From assembly GCA_965261395.1 (NCBI GenBank), contig OZ253462.1, positions 3,456,001 through 3,520,000 on the forward strand: 64,000 nt of DNA, in the 5' to 3' direction. This DNA comes from Candidatus Latescibacterota bacterium. GTDB taxonomy: Bacteria > Latescibacterota > UBA2968 > UBA8231. Each line of letters starts with the position of its first letter. Positions within the stretch are counted from its first letter, which is position 1. The notes under the pieces are model-generated. The model made no database searches. It worked only from the letters and a program-made list of their open reading frames with translations, and had not been told where the DNA came from. Position numbers and translations under genes: made by a program. Positions 10,280-21,624 of this stretch are shown here, piece after piece.

Positions 10280-10328
10280 TAGATTCTCCTATAGTCGAGT
10301 ATGGATAGTCATGAATACTCCCGAAAGA

Positions 10329-10367
10329 CGCAGCTTCCACGAGTTGCCGGGTGTCCCAGAATTTCAC
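10329..10367 (-). pseudogene. VapC (PIN) toxin remnant
   Basis: A GTG overlapping the antitoxin stop (GTGA) reads 'MKFWDTRQLVEAA', resembling a PIN-toxin start joined to an end-like motif. Confidence 0.45.
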
Positions 10368-10654
10368 CAGCCTTCCTCTCGCTCACGCAAGACTGCCGAA
10401 CGCACGGCTGCTTGGGGATCGGCAGGACGCGGTAGATCCCAAAAATCCTCGGGCAAGGGCTTCTCCCCGCGCTTGATGAGACCCTGTTCTTCTAGATCTC
10501 GCAAGGTCTCAGGGAGGGGCTCAGGACTCGCGAAGGGTAGTAAGCGTGCAATGGGACGGCCGTATTTGGTGATTACCATCTCTTTACCGGCTTTGACTTG
10601 ACGCAAATAGGTGCTCAACGACATTTTGAGTTGCGATACTGTCGTGGTTTGCAT
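10364..10654 (-). CDS. Phd/YefM-family antitoxin
   Basis: 'TVSQLKMSLSTYLRQVKAGKEMVITKYGRPIARLLP'. Confidence 0.88.
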   Translation of the reverse strand: MQTTTVSQLKMSLSTYLRQVKAGKEMVITKYGRPIARLLPFASPEPLPETLRDLEEQGLIKRGEKPLPEDFWDLPRPADPQAAVRSAVLREREEGW

Positions 10655-10756
10655 GGAATATCCTTTCTGGTTAATGCCTCCAGACCAATGTAGTCAGATC
10701 GTATAGTCGATCAATTATCGCACGGTATATCCAACGTATTGGATCAAGACGATAGC

Positions 10757-11686
10757 TCATAACGCTTGCCCCGTAGTAGAATTGACGCGGCGGAAGATGT
10801 GGATGAGTCGGTCGCGCGTCTCTTGCGTCAGCGGCGGGCGGGCGAAAGACGCGAGGTTGGCGTCGAGGTGAGCGGCGTTGCCCGTGCCGGAGAGGACGAC
10901 GTGGACGCCAGGCTCGTCGCGGCAGAAGCGGTAGGCGGCGTCGGGTAGCGATGGGGCCTCTGCCAACAGGAAATCGGGAAAGGAGTCGAGGTCGGCGGGG
11001 TCGAGTTGCCCTTTTTCGACGAGCGCGGCGGTGAATGTGCGCAGGTTGTCGGGGTGGCCAAGCGCCTTTCTAACGGCGAACATGATCTGGATGCCGACGT
11101 TTTGCGCGATGGCCTGCGCGAAGACGCTGGCGCGGGCGGTCTGGTTGAGCAGATTGAAGCCGACCATCAGGACATCCCAGAGGTCGTCGGCCAAGGCCTG
11201 CTGGAGCATGGTGTGTTCGAAGTCCTCGTTGAACATCTCGCTGAGACCGACGAAGCGTATTTTGCCCTGCTGCTGCGCCTTTTGCAGCACGGGGTAAATA
11301 TCGTTGACGAGATAGGCGTAGTCTTGGGGCACGACGCCGTGGAGATTGTAGAGGTCGATGTAGTCGGTGCGTAGGTGCTTTAGGCTCTCGTCGAGGCTGG
11401 CTCGCAAGGTGTCGGGAGTGACCTGCTCGTGGCGGGTGGATTTTTTGGTCGAGAGGACGACGGAGGTGCGGTCGCGGCCCTGAAGGGCTTGGCCGATGAT
11501 GGATTCAGTGCCATAGCCTTCGGCCGTATCGACGAAGTTCACGCCGCGATCTAAGGCGCGGCGGATGAGGTCGGCGGATTGGGCGTCAGTTAGGCCGATG
11601 TTGCGTCCAAGTCGGCTGTGGCCGCCAGCGCCTAAGCCCATGCGCGAGACGGTTAGGTTGGTGCGGCCTAAGATGGTGGTTTGCAT
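10757..11686 (-). CDS. Aldo/keto reductase
   Basis: 'LGRTNLTVSRMGLG', 'NFVDTAEGYG', 'SLKHLRTDYIDLYNLH', 'GKIRFVGLS'. Confidence 0.93.
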   Translation of the reverse strand: MQTTILGRTNLTVSRMGLGAGGHSRLGRNIGLTDAQSADLIRRALDRGVNFVDTAEGYGTESIIGQALQGRDRTSVVLSTKKSTRHEQVTPDTLRASLDESLKHLRTDYIDLYNLHGVVPQDYAYLVNDIYPVLQKAQQQGKIRFVGLSEMFNEDFEHTMLQQALADDLWDVLMVGFNLLNQTARASVFAQAIAQNVGIQIMFAVRKALGHPDNLRTFTAALVEKGQLDPADLDSFPDFLLAEAPSLPDAAYRFCRDEPGVHVVLSGTGNAAHLDANLASFARPPLTQETRDRLIHIFRRVNSTTGQAL

Positions 11687-11787
11687 GCAGGCTCCGGGGT
11701 GTAGTTCAGGGAATCGGCGCTTAATATAGGAGTAGGCTCAGACCTTGACCACGACGATTGACTCGTAGCAGAATGGATAAAATTTTT

Positions 11788-12573
11788 ATGAAACTGTCGC
11801 CACAGGAAATTGAACAGCAGCATCTCGACGCCGACACGCTGGCCGAGGCAGTGCGCCAAGTGCGGGAAGCGGGCTTTGTCATTTTGGAGGAAACCATGGA
11901 CCGGGCGTGGTGTGATATGATGCGCGAGGCATGGGACGGTCATTTGGAAGGGCGGACGCCGGGCGACTTGTTGCGTCCGCCCTTTATTGATCCGCTGGCG
12001 ATTGAAAACCCCTGGGCCGTGCAGATCTTGGACGTCATGCTCGGCGAGGATTTTTGGGCCAAGCTGCCCTATCACTGCAACTCCACGGAGCCCAACTGGC
12101 CGGAGACGCAGGTCATCCACCGCGACCAACTGCATCTATTCCCAGATTTGCCCATTGCCATGCCGCCGCACATGATGGTCGTGAACATCCCGTTGGTGGA
12201 CTTTACGGAGGAAAACGGCAGCACGGAGGTGTGGCCGGGCACGCATCTGATTACGGATCACGAGGCCACGATAGACCCGGCGGATGTGGGGCGAGCGGGC
12301 GGTTTGGAAGAGCGTGCAGTGACCCTGCCGTCGATGCGCACCAATATGCCGGCTGGCTCCACTGTGGTGCGCGACATGCGCGTCTGGCATCGAGCCACGC
12401 CCAATCGCACCAACGGTCGCCGCACCATGATGTCGCTGGTGTACCACCGGTACTTCCCGGCCTTGGGCTACCAATACAAGGCGGCCGATCCGTTGCCGGC
12501 GGAGCTTATGGACCAGCTATCGGCGCGGGCGCAGCGGATTTTCCGCTTCAATAAGCAAGAAGCGCACGAGTAA
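11788..12573 (+). CDS. Phytanoyl-CoA dioxygenase (PhyH) family Fe/2OG oxygenase
   Basis: 'QVIHRD', 'NIPLVDFTEENGSTEVWPGTH', 'VWHRATPN'; start may be 11773. Confidence 0.88.
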   Translation: MKLSPQEIEQQHLDADTLAEAVRQVREAGFVILEETMDRAWCDMMREAWDGHLEGRTPGDLLRPPFIDPLAIENPWAVQILDVMLGEDFWAKLPYHCNSTEPNWPETQVIHRDQLHLFPDLPIAMPPHMMVVNIPLVDFTEENGSTEVWPGTHLITDHEATIDPADVGRAGGLEERAVTLPSMRTNMPAGSTVVRDMRVWHRATPNRTNGRRTMMSLVYHRYFPALGYQYKAADPLPAELMDQLSARAQRIFRFNKQEAHE

Positions 12574-12592
12574 AACTAAGAGGGTTGTTCAG

Positions 12593-13222
12593 GTGAAATA
12601 CATTGCGTTGGCCTTGGCATTACTCGGCGGCAGCGTCTATGCCGAGGAGGCGGACTCCAGCCGCGTCATTCTCTTTTTTGGCGATAGCCTGACTGCCGGC
12701 TACGGCCTCGACCGCGAACAGGCCTTTCCGGCTTTGGTACAGGCGCGGATCGATTCGCTCGGCTGGAACTTTGAAGTCTTCAATGCAGGGCTTAGCGGCG
12801 AGACCTCAGCCGGTGGACTGCGCCGCATTGACTGGCTCTTGCGCCGTCCCATCGACGTATTCGTCCTCGAATTGGGGGCCAATGACGGTCTGCGCGGCAT
12901 AGACCCCAAAGACACCCAAGCCAACCTGCAACAGATTGTCGAGCGGGTGAAAGCGAAAAATCCCGCAGTAGCCCTAGTAATCGCTGGGATGCAGATGCCG
13001 CCCAATTTGGGCGCGGAATACACAGAGGCGTTTGCCGCGATTTTCCCGACGCTGGCAAAAGAAAACGATGCGGCCTTGATCCCCTTCCTGTTAGAAGGCG
13101 TGGGCGACCAACCCGCGCTGAACTTGCCCGACGGCAATCACCCTAACGTCGAAGGCCACCAGATCGTCGCCGAAACCGTGTGGGCGACGCTCGGGCCAGT
13201 GCTAGAGGGATTGCGCCGCTAA
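12593..13222 (+). CDS. tesA: Arylesterase/acyl-CoA thioesterase I (SGNH/GDSL), secreted
   Basis: Signal peptide; 'FFGDSLTAGYG', 'ELGANDG', 'DGNHPN'; next to ybbAP-like genes. Confidence 0.88.
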   Translation: MKYIALALALLGGSVYAEEADSSRVILFFGDSLTAGYGLDREQAFPALVQARIDSLGWNFEVFNAGLSGETSAGGLRRIDWLLRRPIDVFVLELGANDGLRGIDPKDTQANLQQIVERVKAKNPAVALVIAGMQMPPNLGAEYTEAFAAIFPTLAKENDAALIPFLLEGVGDQPALNLPDGNHPNVEGHQIVAETVWATLGPVLEGLRR

Positions 13223-15743
13223 CCGAGCGAGCGCAGGACTTCGAGCGGTGGGCTGGTGTGGACGCCGCGGCTGGAAATCATGCCGACAGCGACTGTTAGC
13301 AGACTGACCGCCGCAAAGGCGAGGATCAGGGACAGGTAGTTGGGCGCGAAGCTGATCTCGAAGAGATAGCGGCTCAAGGCCCAGACGCCCCCCAGCGACA
13401 GGATCGCCCCGGTTGCTGACGCAAAGGCTCCCAAAAACAGGTATTCGAGCGCCATGATCGCTACCACTTGGCGGCGACTGGCCCCCAAGGTCTTGAGCAA
13501 GACGCTTTCTTCGATGCGTTGGTAGCGGCTGCTGGCAATCACGCCGACGAGCACGATTAGACCCACAGAGACGCTGAAAAAGGCCATAAAGCGCACCACC
13601 AGCGAGACCTTGTCGAGGATGGTATTGACCGTGCTGAGGATGCTGCCGAGATCGATGACCGAGACATTGGGGAACCGCTGCACGGTGGCTCGCTGCAGGG
13701 CGGCCATTTGCTCGGTAGTGGCGGCGCGGGTGACAAGGACGTGGGATTGCGGCGCGGGTTCGAGGATGCCGGGGGAGAAGACCGCCAGAAAGTTGGGCAT
13801 GATCCGCTGCCAGTTGACGCTACGCAGACTGCCGACGACCACTTCAATCGGGACCCCTTGGACGTCGAAGGTCAGCGAATCGCCAACGCCAACGCCCAAG
13901 GAGGAGGCGACGCCCGTTTCCAAGGAGACGTAGAGGGTATCGCCCGTGGGTTGGCTGCGCCACGTGCCGGCGACGATCTCTTCGGTCTCGGTGAGGAAAT
14001 CGCGATAGGTCGCGCGGTACTCGCGCCGCAAGGCCCAATTGCCGCGTCGGCGTCTGCCAGCGGTGGTATCGCGGAGTGTAGAGCGGGCGGGTTGGCCTTT
14101 GACGCTGTGGATGTGCATGGTGACGATGGGCATCTGTTGTAACAGCGGCAGATCCATCCCTGCGACGAGGGAGCTTAGCTCTTGGCGCTGGTCGGTTTGG
14201 ATGTCGAAGAGCACGACGTTGGGGTTTTGGTCGGAGCCGACGCTTTTGATGTAGGATAGCAGGTTGGTCTGGGTCAGAAATAGGGTGCTGAGCAGGAAAG
14301 TTCCCAAGCCGAGGCCCAACATCAGCAGGGTAGTCTGGTTGTTGGGCCGATAGAGATTGGCCAGCCCCTGACGCCAGATATAGCTCCAAGAGGCGGGGAA
14401 GAACCGCCGCGTGCCGTAGATGATTGCGCGGGCTGTAAGCGTTAGGAGCGCAAAGGCGATTCCAACCCCGCCGACAAAGCCAAGGGCTAGCGGCCAGCGA
14501 TCGGTGAGTCGGTAGGCAAAGAGTACAGTCGTTAGGACGATCCCCAAGTACAAAGACCAGCGCAGCAGGCCGCTGTCGGCGGGTTGGGTGTTTTCAAAGG
14601 AGGCCCGCAGGGTCAACAGCGGCGAGGTCCCGCGAATGGCCAGCAGCGGCCGCGCGGCAAACAGCAGCGACAGGCCGACGCCGAGGACGAGACCCTCCAA
14701 GACGGCGAGGAGATCAAAGCGCGGTTCGACTTGGATGGGCAACACGTCGGCGAGGACGCTAGGGAGCAGGTAGAGGACCCCGACGCCGAGCAGGGCACCG
14801 GCGAGCGAGCCGACCAAACCCATGCCTCCGGCTTGGATTAGATAGATCAAGACGGTCTGACGGGCGGTGGCACCGAGACTGCGCAGCACGGCGACGGTGG
14901 ACAGCTTTTGCCGCGTATAGGTGTGGATGGCGCTGGCCACGCCCACGCCTCCCAGCAGCAGGGCGATAAAGCTGCCGAGGTTTAAGAAGCGATAGAGGTT
15001 GTTGAGGGTGCGGCCGAGGCGCGCCTTGCGCCTCTCGACGGTTTCGAGCCGGAGGCGGTCGCCTCGGGTGTGCGGGCGGATGGACTCGGCTAGCGCTTGG
15101 ACATCCCGCTCGGCGAAGCGGAAGAAGGCGGTGTAGGTGACCCGGCTGCCTCGTTGGATTAGGCGGGTGCGGTCGAGGTAGGACATCGGGATATAGACGC
15201 GCGGCTGGATGTCGCTGAAGAGGGTGTTCTCGCCGGGGACGCGCAGGAGGCGGCCACCAATGAGGAAGACTGTGTCACCGATCTTGATCGAGTCGCCGAC
15301 CGCTGCGCCAAACTGCAACATGAGCGCCTCGTCAACGAGGGCATGCGGCTGGGTGCGGAAGCTCTGCGCCGCGGAGGCCGGTGCCGTTTTTAGCTTGCCG
15401 TAAAAGGGAAAAGGGCCGGCGAGGGCGCGGATCTGGGCGAGGCGGGTGCCCTGGCTCTTGGGCAGGTAAATCATGGAATTGAAGGAAACTTGGCGCGCCT
15501 GAACTCCGCCGAGCGAATCTATGAGTGCCTCGGCGGCTGGCGTGAAGGGCTGACGGCTCGTCAGGGCCATATCGGCTCCTAAGAGCGCGGCGGCTTGTTG
15601 GTCCATCGCCTCTTGCAGCGTGGAGCTGAGGCTGCCCAAGCCAACGAGCGCACCAATGCCGATGGAGATCGAAGAGGTAAAAAGCAGCAGTTTGCGGCGG
15701 TGGCTGCGGCTGTCGCGCCAGGCCATTTTGCCGAGCCAGACGA

Positions 15744-15747
<4 letters not shown>
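13219..15747 (-). CDS. ybbP: ABC transporter permease, YbbP/FtsX-like
   Basis: 842 aa with two FtsX-type membrane blocks; 'AWRDSRS', 'LRSLGA', 'LKTLGAS'. Confidence 0.85.
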
Positions 15748-16417
<670 letters not shown>

Positions 16418-16433
<16 letters not shown>

Positions 16434-17329
16434 GATTTCTCCTCTGCAGGCTGGCGGTTCAGGATGCGTAGTAGGCGGTCGGGATAGTCGGTGATTAGGC
16501 CATCGACGCCTAGGTCCAGGTAGTGCTGCATGGCGTCGGGGTCGTTGATGGTCCAGACGTGGACTTGGATGTTGTGGGTGTGAGCGCGGGCGATGAAGCG
16601 CCGGTCTATCAGGTTGATCTTGCCGAGGCGGGTCGGAAACTGAAAGGCTTGGCTGGTGGGGTGATAAGCCGCGTCGAGCCGCAGCCAGTGGAGAAAGACA
16701 AAGGACATTCCTGCCGATGAAGGAGCCGAAGTCGCCACTTCGGGGCAAGTCTGGCGCAAGCTCTCTAAGGGGCGGCTGCGGAACGAGGCGGCGATGACGC
16801 GGTCGCTTAGCTCGAAGCGCCGGATCGTGCGGCAGAAGTCGCTTACTAGCGCATCGGAGTCGTCTTTGATTTCGATGAGGAAGCGCATGTTGGGAAAGGC
16901 TGTAAATACCTCGTCTAGGGTGGGGATTGCGACCCCTTGGCCGCGCCAGGGAAAGGTTCGGCCGTCTGGACTGAAATGGTAGCCGGCGTCTAGCTGTTTC
17001 AATTGAGCCAAGCTCAAGCTGTCGGCTGTGCCTTGGCCGTTGGTCGTGCGGTCAACGCGCCGGTCGTGCAGGACGATGAGTGCGCCGTCGCTGCTTTGGC
17101 GCAAGTCCATTTCTAACACATCGACCCCTAACTCGGCCGAGCGGGCAAAGGCCGCTAGCGTGTTTTCCGGTGCCAGCCCCTTGCCGCCCCGGTGGGCAAT
17201 GACCAAGACGTCCCCTGATGTGAAGTAGGGATGCGGGTCCACGGGGTGCGATGTCAGGGCGAAGGCACCGTACAACACCAGTGCCAAAAGCAGCAAGGCG
17301 ATCAAGGCCCGCTTGAGGTATAGACGCAT
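16418..17329 (-). CDS. Glycerophosphodiester phosphodiesterase
   Basis: 'IAHRGG...PENTLAAF', 'LEMD', 'IEIK', 'WTIND', 'GLITDYP'. Confidence 0.92.
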
Positions 17330-17367
17330 GGATTATACAGGGGTTCTATTGAGAAAGATGGTATAGT

Positions 17368-17407
17368 GCGGGCGCGTAGGTCGGCGGCATCCTTCGCGCC
17401 CGCTTTT
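17368..17407. terminator. GC-rich hairpin downstream of the LRR gene
   Basis: GCGGGCGCG (17368-17376) and CGCGCCCGC (17395-17403) followed by TTTT on the + strand; direction of action unclear. Confidence 0.35.
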
Positions 17408-17413
17408 GTTCGG

Positions 17414-19675
17414 TCAATCGTCCACATAGACCGGTGGGGGCAGCCCCTCAAGTGAGCAAAAGGGGATTGCTTCGGCGACGGGTTTCGCAGCCGTTGGGGA
17501 GGGTAGCACGTAGGGATCGGCTTCGGAGAGATTGACCGAGTAGCCCAGATCGCTCAGCGCTTGAAGCGTTATGGCTGAAAGGGCATCACCATTGCTTGGG
17601 GCCATAAGCTCACCGGAGAGAACGCTACGGTGCCAATGCCCACCACCTGGTTCGGTTGGGACTTTTGCACCTTGATAATCGGTACCCCCGGCTTGATCAA
17701 AAGCCGCAATCGCCTGCGGCCCGGCAAAATGAACATCGCTATTTAGCTCGCGAAGCATTCCGCTGTCTTCCCAGGTGGTACCGATTCCTAAAACGTGTCC
17801 TACTTCATGGAGTCCTACCTCCCATAGAAGATCATCGAATCGAGTAGAAGTCGCTATATCAATTCCGATACAACCAATGATCGGCAAAGAGCTTGAACGC
17901 AATAGAATGGGACCCCCATAGCCCCTCACTGGTGCTCCGTAAGGAGTTATTTTGTCAAACTTCGTTATATAAATTCGCAGGTTATCTATTTGTTCGCCGG
18001 CAGGTACGCTAAGCAGGTGAGAGCCACATTGTCCGGTCCATGTATTAGAAAACTCGTAATCTGGAAGTTCCGTCTGTATCACCAATTCCCAACGATTCGC
18101 AATACGGTGCCACATCTCTTGTTCCGCCTTTGTGAAATCGTCCTCTGTGAAATTATCATCCTCAAGAAAGACTAAATCAATACGAAAGGGACTTTCCGTA
18201 TCTGGAAAATGTACTACAGAAGAAAAAGACACATCGACACCACGGAGTTGAAGGTCTGGTATATGTTCGTTTATAGAGGTTGTACTTAAAGGATTATCCT
18301 CAGCCTTTAGTTCTTCCAGGACACGTAACGCTTTCACCGGCGTGATATCAGATACCTGATTGGCAGTAAAATATAACTGTTCTAGGTTGGTTAAATTGGT
18401 CAATGGCGTGATATTAGATACCTGATTGACACCAAAATATAACTGTTCTAGGCTGGTTAAATTGGTCAATGGCGTGATATCAGATACCTGATTGGCAGTA
18501 AAATATAACTCTTCCAGCTTGGTTAAATTGGCCAATGGCGTGATGTCAGATACCTGATTGACACTGAGATCTAACTGTTCTAGGTTGGTTAAGTTGGCCA
18601 ATGGCGTGATATCAGATACCTGATTGTAATCAATAAGCAACTGTTCTAGGTTGGTTAAGTTGGCCAATGGCGTGATATTAGATACCTGACTATAAGTAAT
18701 AATTAGATTTTCTAGGTTGGTTAAGTTGGCCAATGGCGTGATATTAGATACCTGACTATAAGCAATAATTAGATTTTCTAGGTTGGTTAAGTTGGCCAAT
18801 GGTGTGATATCAGATAATTGACTGGTATCAAAAGTTACTACAAGGTTGACTGAGCTTCCCACTGGAATGGTATTAAATGTCCAACCAAAAATAATAAGTG
18901 AAGTTTCTAGCAGACGCTTAGTTCCTTTTTCCACTGGAGGAATAGCAAGTATATTATGGGGATGAAGATATAACTCTTCCAGCTTGGTTAAGTTGGCCAA
19001 TGGGGAGAGGGAGACATTAGAAAACTGATCGAAGCCGAGAGATAGATATCGCAGCTCGGCTAGGTTCTCCAATGGGGAAAGATCAGATAGCTGACTAAAT
19101 TCAAGAGATAGATATTGCAGCTTGGTTAAGTTGGCCAATGGCGTGATATCAGAAATATGATTGTCATCAAGACGCAAACTTTCTAGCTTGGTTAAGTTGG
19201 CCAATGGCGTGAGATCATATACCTGATTTTCCGTGATAGATAGAGTGCGCAGATTCTTCGCTGTTTCTAAGCCTCTGATGTCATCAATTATTCTTCTTTC
19301 GCCTCTTACAGAATAGCTTCCTAACCGAAAGGATTGTAGAGTATTCATATCAGCTTGAGTGATCGTCTCATCGGGTCTCTTCCCTAGCATCGCCTTCAGG
19401 ATGGTCCTCAGATCCGTATTCGGGATAAAGACCCCATCAGACGGCGAGGAGTTATCGGGCGACGCAACCGAGGAGCTGTCGGATTCGGTATGCCTGTCCG
19501 CCTCGTCGTCCTCAGGCGCAGTATGCCCACCCGATCCTTCGGGTGCTTGATGGGTGCCTTCCCCTAAAATGTCGCATAAGGCGCAGTTGCTTTTGCCAGC
19601 GGGTGCCGTCGGCGTCGGCTCTTTTGAGCATGAGAGGGCACAGAATAGGGCAAGGGGTAGGACCAAGCGCAGCAT
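17414..19675 (-). CDS. Lipoprotein with internalin-like LRRs and C-terminal leishmanolysin(M8)-like zinc metalloprotease
   Basis: Lipobox-like 'LFCALSC'; 22-aa LRRs 'LEQLxLxxNQVSDITPLANLTN'; 'LHEVGHVLGIG...GHW...ELM' (HExxH, third His, Met-turn). Confidence 0.85.
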   Translation of the reverse strand: MLRLVLPLALFCALSCSKEPTPTAPAGKSNCALCDILGEGTHQAPEGSGGHTAPEDDEADRHTESDSSSVASPDNSSPSDGVFIPNTDLRTILKAMLGKRPDETITQADMNTLQSFRLGSYSVRGERRIIDDIRGLETAKNLRTLSITENQVYDLTPLANLTKLESLRLDDNHISDITPLANLTKLQYLSLEFSQLSDLSPLENLAELRYLSLGFDQFSNVSLSPLANLTKLEELYLHPHNILAIPPVEKGTKRLLETSLIIFGWTFNTIPVGSSVNLVVTFDTSQLSDITPLANLTNLENLIIAYSQVSNITPLANLTNLENLIITYSQVSNITPLANLTNLEQLLIDYNQVSDITPLANLTNLEQLDLSVNQVSDITPLANLTKLEELYFTANQVSDITPLTNLTSLEQLYFGVNQVSNITPLTNLTNLEQLYFTANQVSDITPVKALRVLEELKAEDNPLSTTSINEHIPDLQLRGVDVSFSSVVHFPDTESPFRIDLVFLEDDNFTEDDFTKAEQEMWHRIANRWELVIQTELPDYEFSNTWTGQCGSHLLSVPAGEQIDNLRIYITKFDKITPYGAPVRGYGGPILLRSSSLPIIGCIGIDIATSTRFDDLLWEVGLHEVGHVLGIGTTWEDSGMLRELNSDVHFAGPQAIAAFDQAGGTDYQGAKVPTEPGGGHWHRSVLSGELMAPSNGDALSAITLQALSDLGYSVNLSEADPYVLPSPTAAKPVAEAIPFCSLEGLPPPVYVDD
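18340..18822. repeat. 66-bp tandem repeats encoding LRR units
   Basis: Recurrent 'ggttggttaagttggccaatggcgtgatat(c/t)agatacctga' at 66-nt spacing; further degenerate units to about 19230. Confidence 0.9.
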
Positions 19676-19829
19676 GGGCTTCCTTAAAAGGAGGGGATAG
19701 CCTAGAGTAGAGGAAACGGTAGAGACTTAAGTTTGCAGGAATATATCAGGTGGCTGGATTCGGGCAAGTTTTAAGCTGCCCGTTTCTTCTTTATGTTAGC
19801 CGCTGGATGAACACGGAAAGGAGCCGTCA

Positions 19830-20645
19830 ATGATCGTCGATACACACGCACATATTTACCACGAAGACGAGACGCAATACCCCATGATAGAAGACCCCTT
19901 CCGCCCATCGCCGGGCATAGGGACCATCGAACACTTGCGGCGCGAGGCCCAGGCCAATGGCATTGGGCGCGTGGTGCTGATTCAGACCGGGTCGGCCTAT
20001 CGCTGGGATAATCGGTTGTTGGCCGATACGGCCCGAGCCAATGCCGACTGGACGGTAGGGGTTTGCACGTTGGACCCGGCCGGGGACGATAGCTCTGACG
20101 AGCTAGAGCGGCTGGTGACCGGATACAACGTCAAGGGAGTCCGCCTCGAAGCCGCGCCCGCGGGGTACGACCAGCCTGGGGCAGAGCGGCTCTGGCGTCG
20201 GGCTGGCGAAATCGGCGCGGTAATCTGCGCCCATTTGCGCCGGGAGCAACTCGGCGAGTTGGCAGCTTTGCTAGCGCGGTTCCCCCACGTCCCGGTGGTG
20301 TTGGACCATTGCGCCTATCCGGTGGGGGCTAACGGGATCGAGGACGCGGCGGTGCGCCAAGCGGCGGATTTGGCGCGCTTTGACCAGCTCCACGCCAAGC
20401 TCACCTTTGCGGTGCCTAGCTCACAGCAGGAGTACCCCTTTGCCGATACGCACCCGCAATTGCGCCATTTGCTCTCAGCTTTTGGCCCCGAGCGCTGTAT
20501 CTGGGGATCGGATTTCCCGTGCGAGCACTGGTTGGAAAAAGCGACCTACGCCCAGCACTTGGCGGTATTTACCGAAGAATTGGGGCTGAGCGCGGCGGAG
20601 CAGGAGCAGGTGTTGGGCGAGACGGCCATGCGGCTGTTTTTTTAG
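19830..20645 (+). CDS. Amidohydrolase family 2 protein
   Basis: 'IVDTHAH', 'VVLDH', 'WGSDFP'; AGGAG RBS. Confidence 0.9.
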   Translation: MIVDTHAHIYHEDETQYPMIEDPFRPSPGIGTIEHLRREAQANGIGRVVLIQTGSAYRWDNRLLADTARANADWTVGVCTLDPAGDDSSDELERLVTGYNVKGVRLEAAPAGYDQPGAERLWRRAGEIGAVICAHLRREQLGELAALLARFPHVPVVLDHCAYPVGANGIEDAAVRQAADLARFDQLHAKLTFAVPSSQQEYPFADTHPQLRHLLSAFGPERCIWGSDFPCEHWLEKATYAQHLAVFTEELGLSAAEQEQVLGETAMRLFF

Positions 20646-21373
20646 CACCGCCGCCAGAGCGAGGGACGCGCCGCCTTGTAATAGTGGTCTAACCGCTGGA
20701 TTAGATCGGCGGGCAAGGGCGTCAGGAGAGGAAGTGCCGTACGCACTTGGGCTTCGGCTGCGGTGAGATCTGAAGTTTTAAGCTGCAAGCCAGCGGGTAA
20801 GTGCCGCGAGAAGGCCACTTGTTGGTTGAGCCGCTCGACGCAAGCGTTGGCTTGGCGCAGAGAGGCTAGGTACTCGGCGGTGGCGACTTCGATGCGGCGG
20901 TTGTAGGCGGCGACGAGTTCGGCTAGGCGTCTGGCACCGTCGAGCAAGGCGCGACGGGCGGGCAAGGGCGCATCCTCTGGTGCGGAGAAATATTCGGGCC
21001 AAGTCGGTAGACCGAGAGCGGCCAATGCGGTTGGACGGTCGGGGAAGAAGTGGCACAGGGCCGGGGCTTGGGCACAAATTTTGGCCTTTAACGCCGACAG
21101 GTAGTCCTTTTGCGTCGCTAGTGTTTGGCTGGCTTGGTCGCGAAGCTGTTCGGCGTCGCGGCGGTCCTGCAAGGCTTGGGGCAACACCGCGTTGTCCTTG
21201 AGCAGCTTGCCGGCGATGCGGTGTTCGGGGCCGCTGGCAAAGTAAGCGCTCAGGTCGAGGGGTTGCCCTTTGCCGGGCAGCGCGGCAAAATCCTCGCCGG
21301 CGATGGCTTGGGCCAACAGTTCGTCAACACTGCGCCATTCGGGGCGGCCGTCGGGCTGGCGTCGGGGCGGCAT
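20642..21373 (-). CDS. DUF1992-domain protein
   Basis: 'VDELLAQAIAGEDFAALPGKGQPLDL...KLLKDNAVLP'; start taken at MPPRR. Confidence 0.75.
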   Translation of the reverse strand: MPPRRQPDGRPEWRSVDELLAQAIAGEDFAALPGKGQPLDLSAYFASGPEHRIAGKLLKDNAVLPQALQDRRDAEQLRDQASQTLATQKDYLSALKAKICAQAPALCHFFPDRPTALAALGLPTWPEYFSAPEDAPLPARRALLDGARRLAELVAAYNRRIEVATAEYLASLRQANACVERLNQQVAFSRHLPAGLQLKTSDLTAAEAQVRTALPLLTPLPADLIQRLDHYYKAARPSLWRRC

Positions 21374-21624
21374 GGAAAACTCCTTCACTTTCGTTCGCAG
21401 ACGTAATCGAAGACAACGACCGCTACATGGGCGCAAACGGCCGGTGGCGGTACTTAGCAGCTTGCTCTTTCTCTTGCACGATGGCGCGACTTAATAAAAA
21501 TAAACAGCGGCCCGAGGTGAGTAAATCTCTTGTCGCGATCGCGGCCCGAGGAATTGTACTATGACGACACAGTGGATTATAGCTCGATGTGCTCTTTCAA
21601 GTCGCCGACCTGATGGAGTTTGAT

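Noticed and set aside
18340-19230. Regular repeats resembling a CRISPR array or DGR template
   Set aside because: The period is 66 nt in frame within an LRR gene, and the window has no reverse transcriptase or non-coding template copy.
21507-21551. GCGGCCCGAGG repeated twice in a divergent intergenic region
   Set aside because: Only 11 bp and GC-rich; could be an operator but is unsupported.
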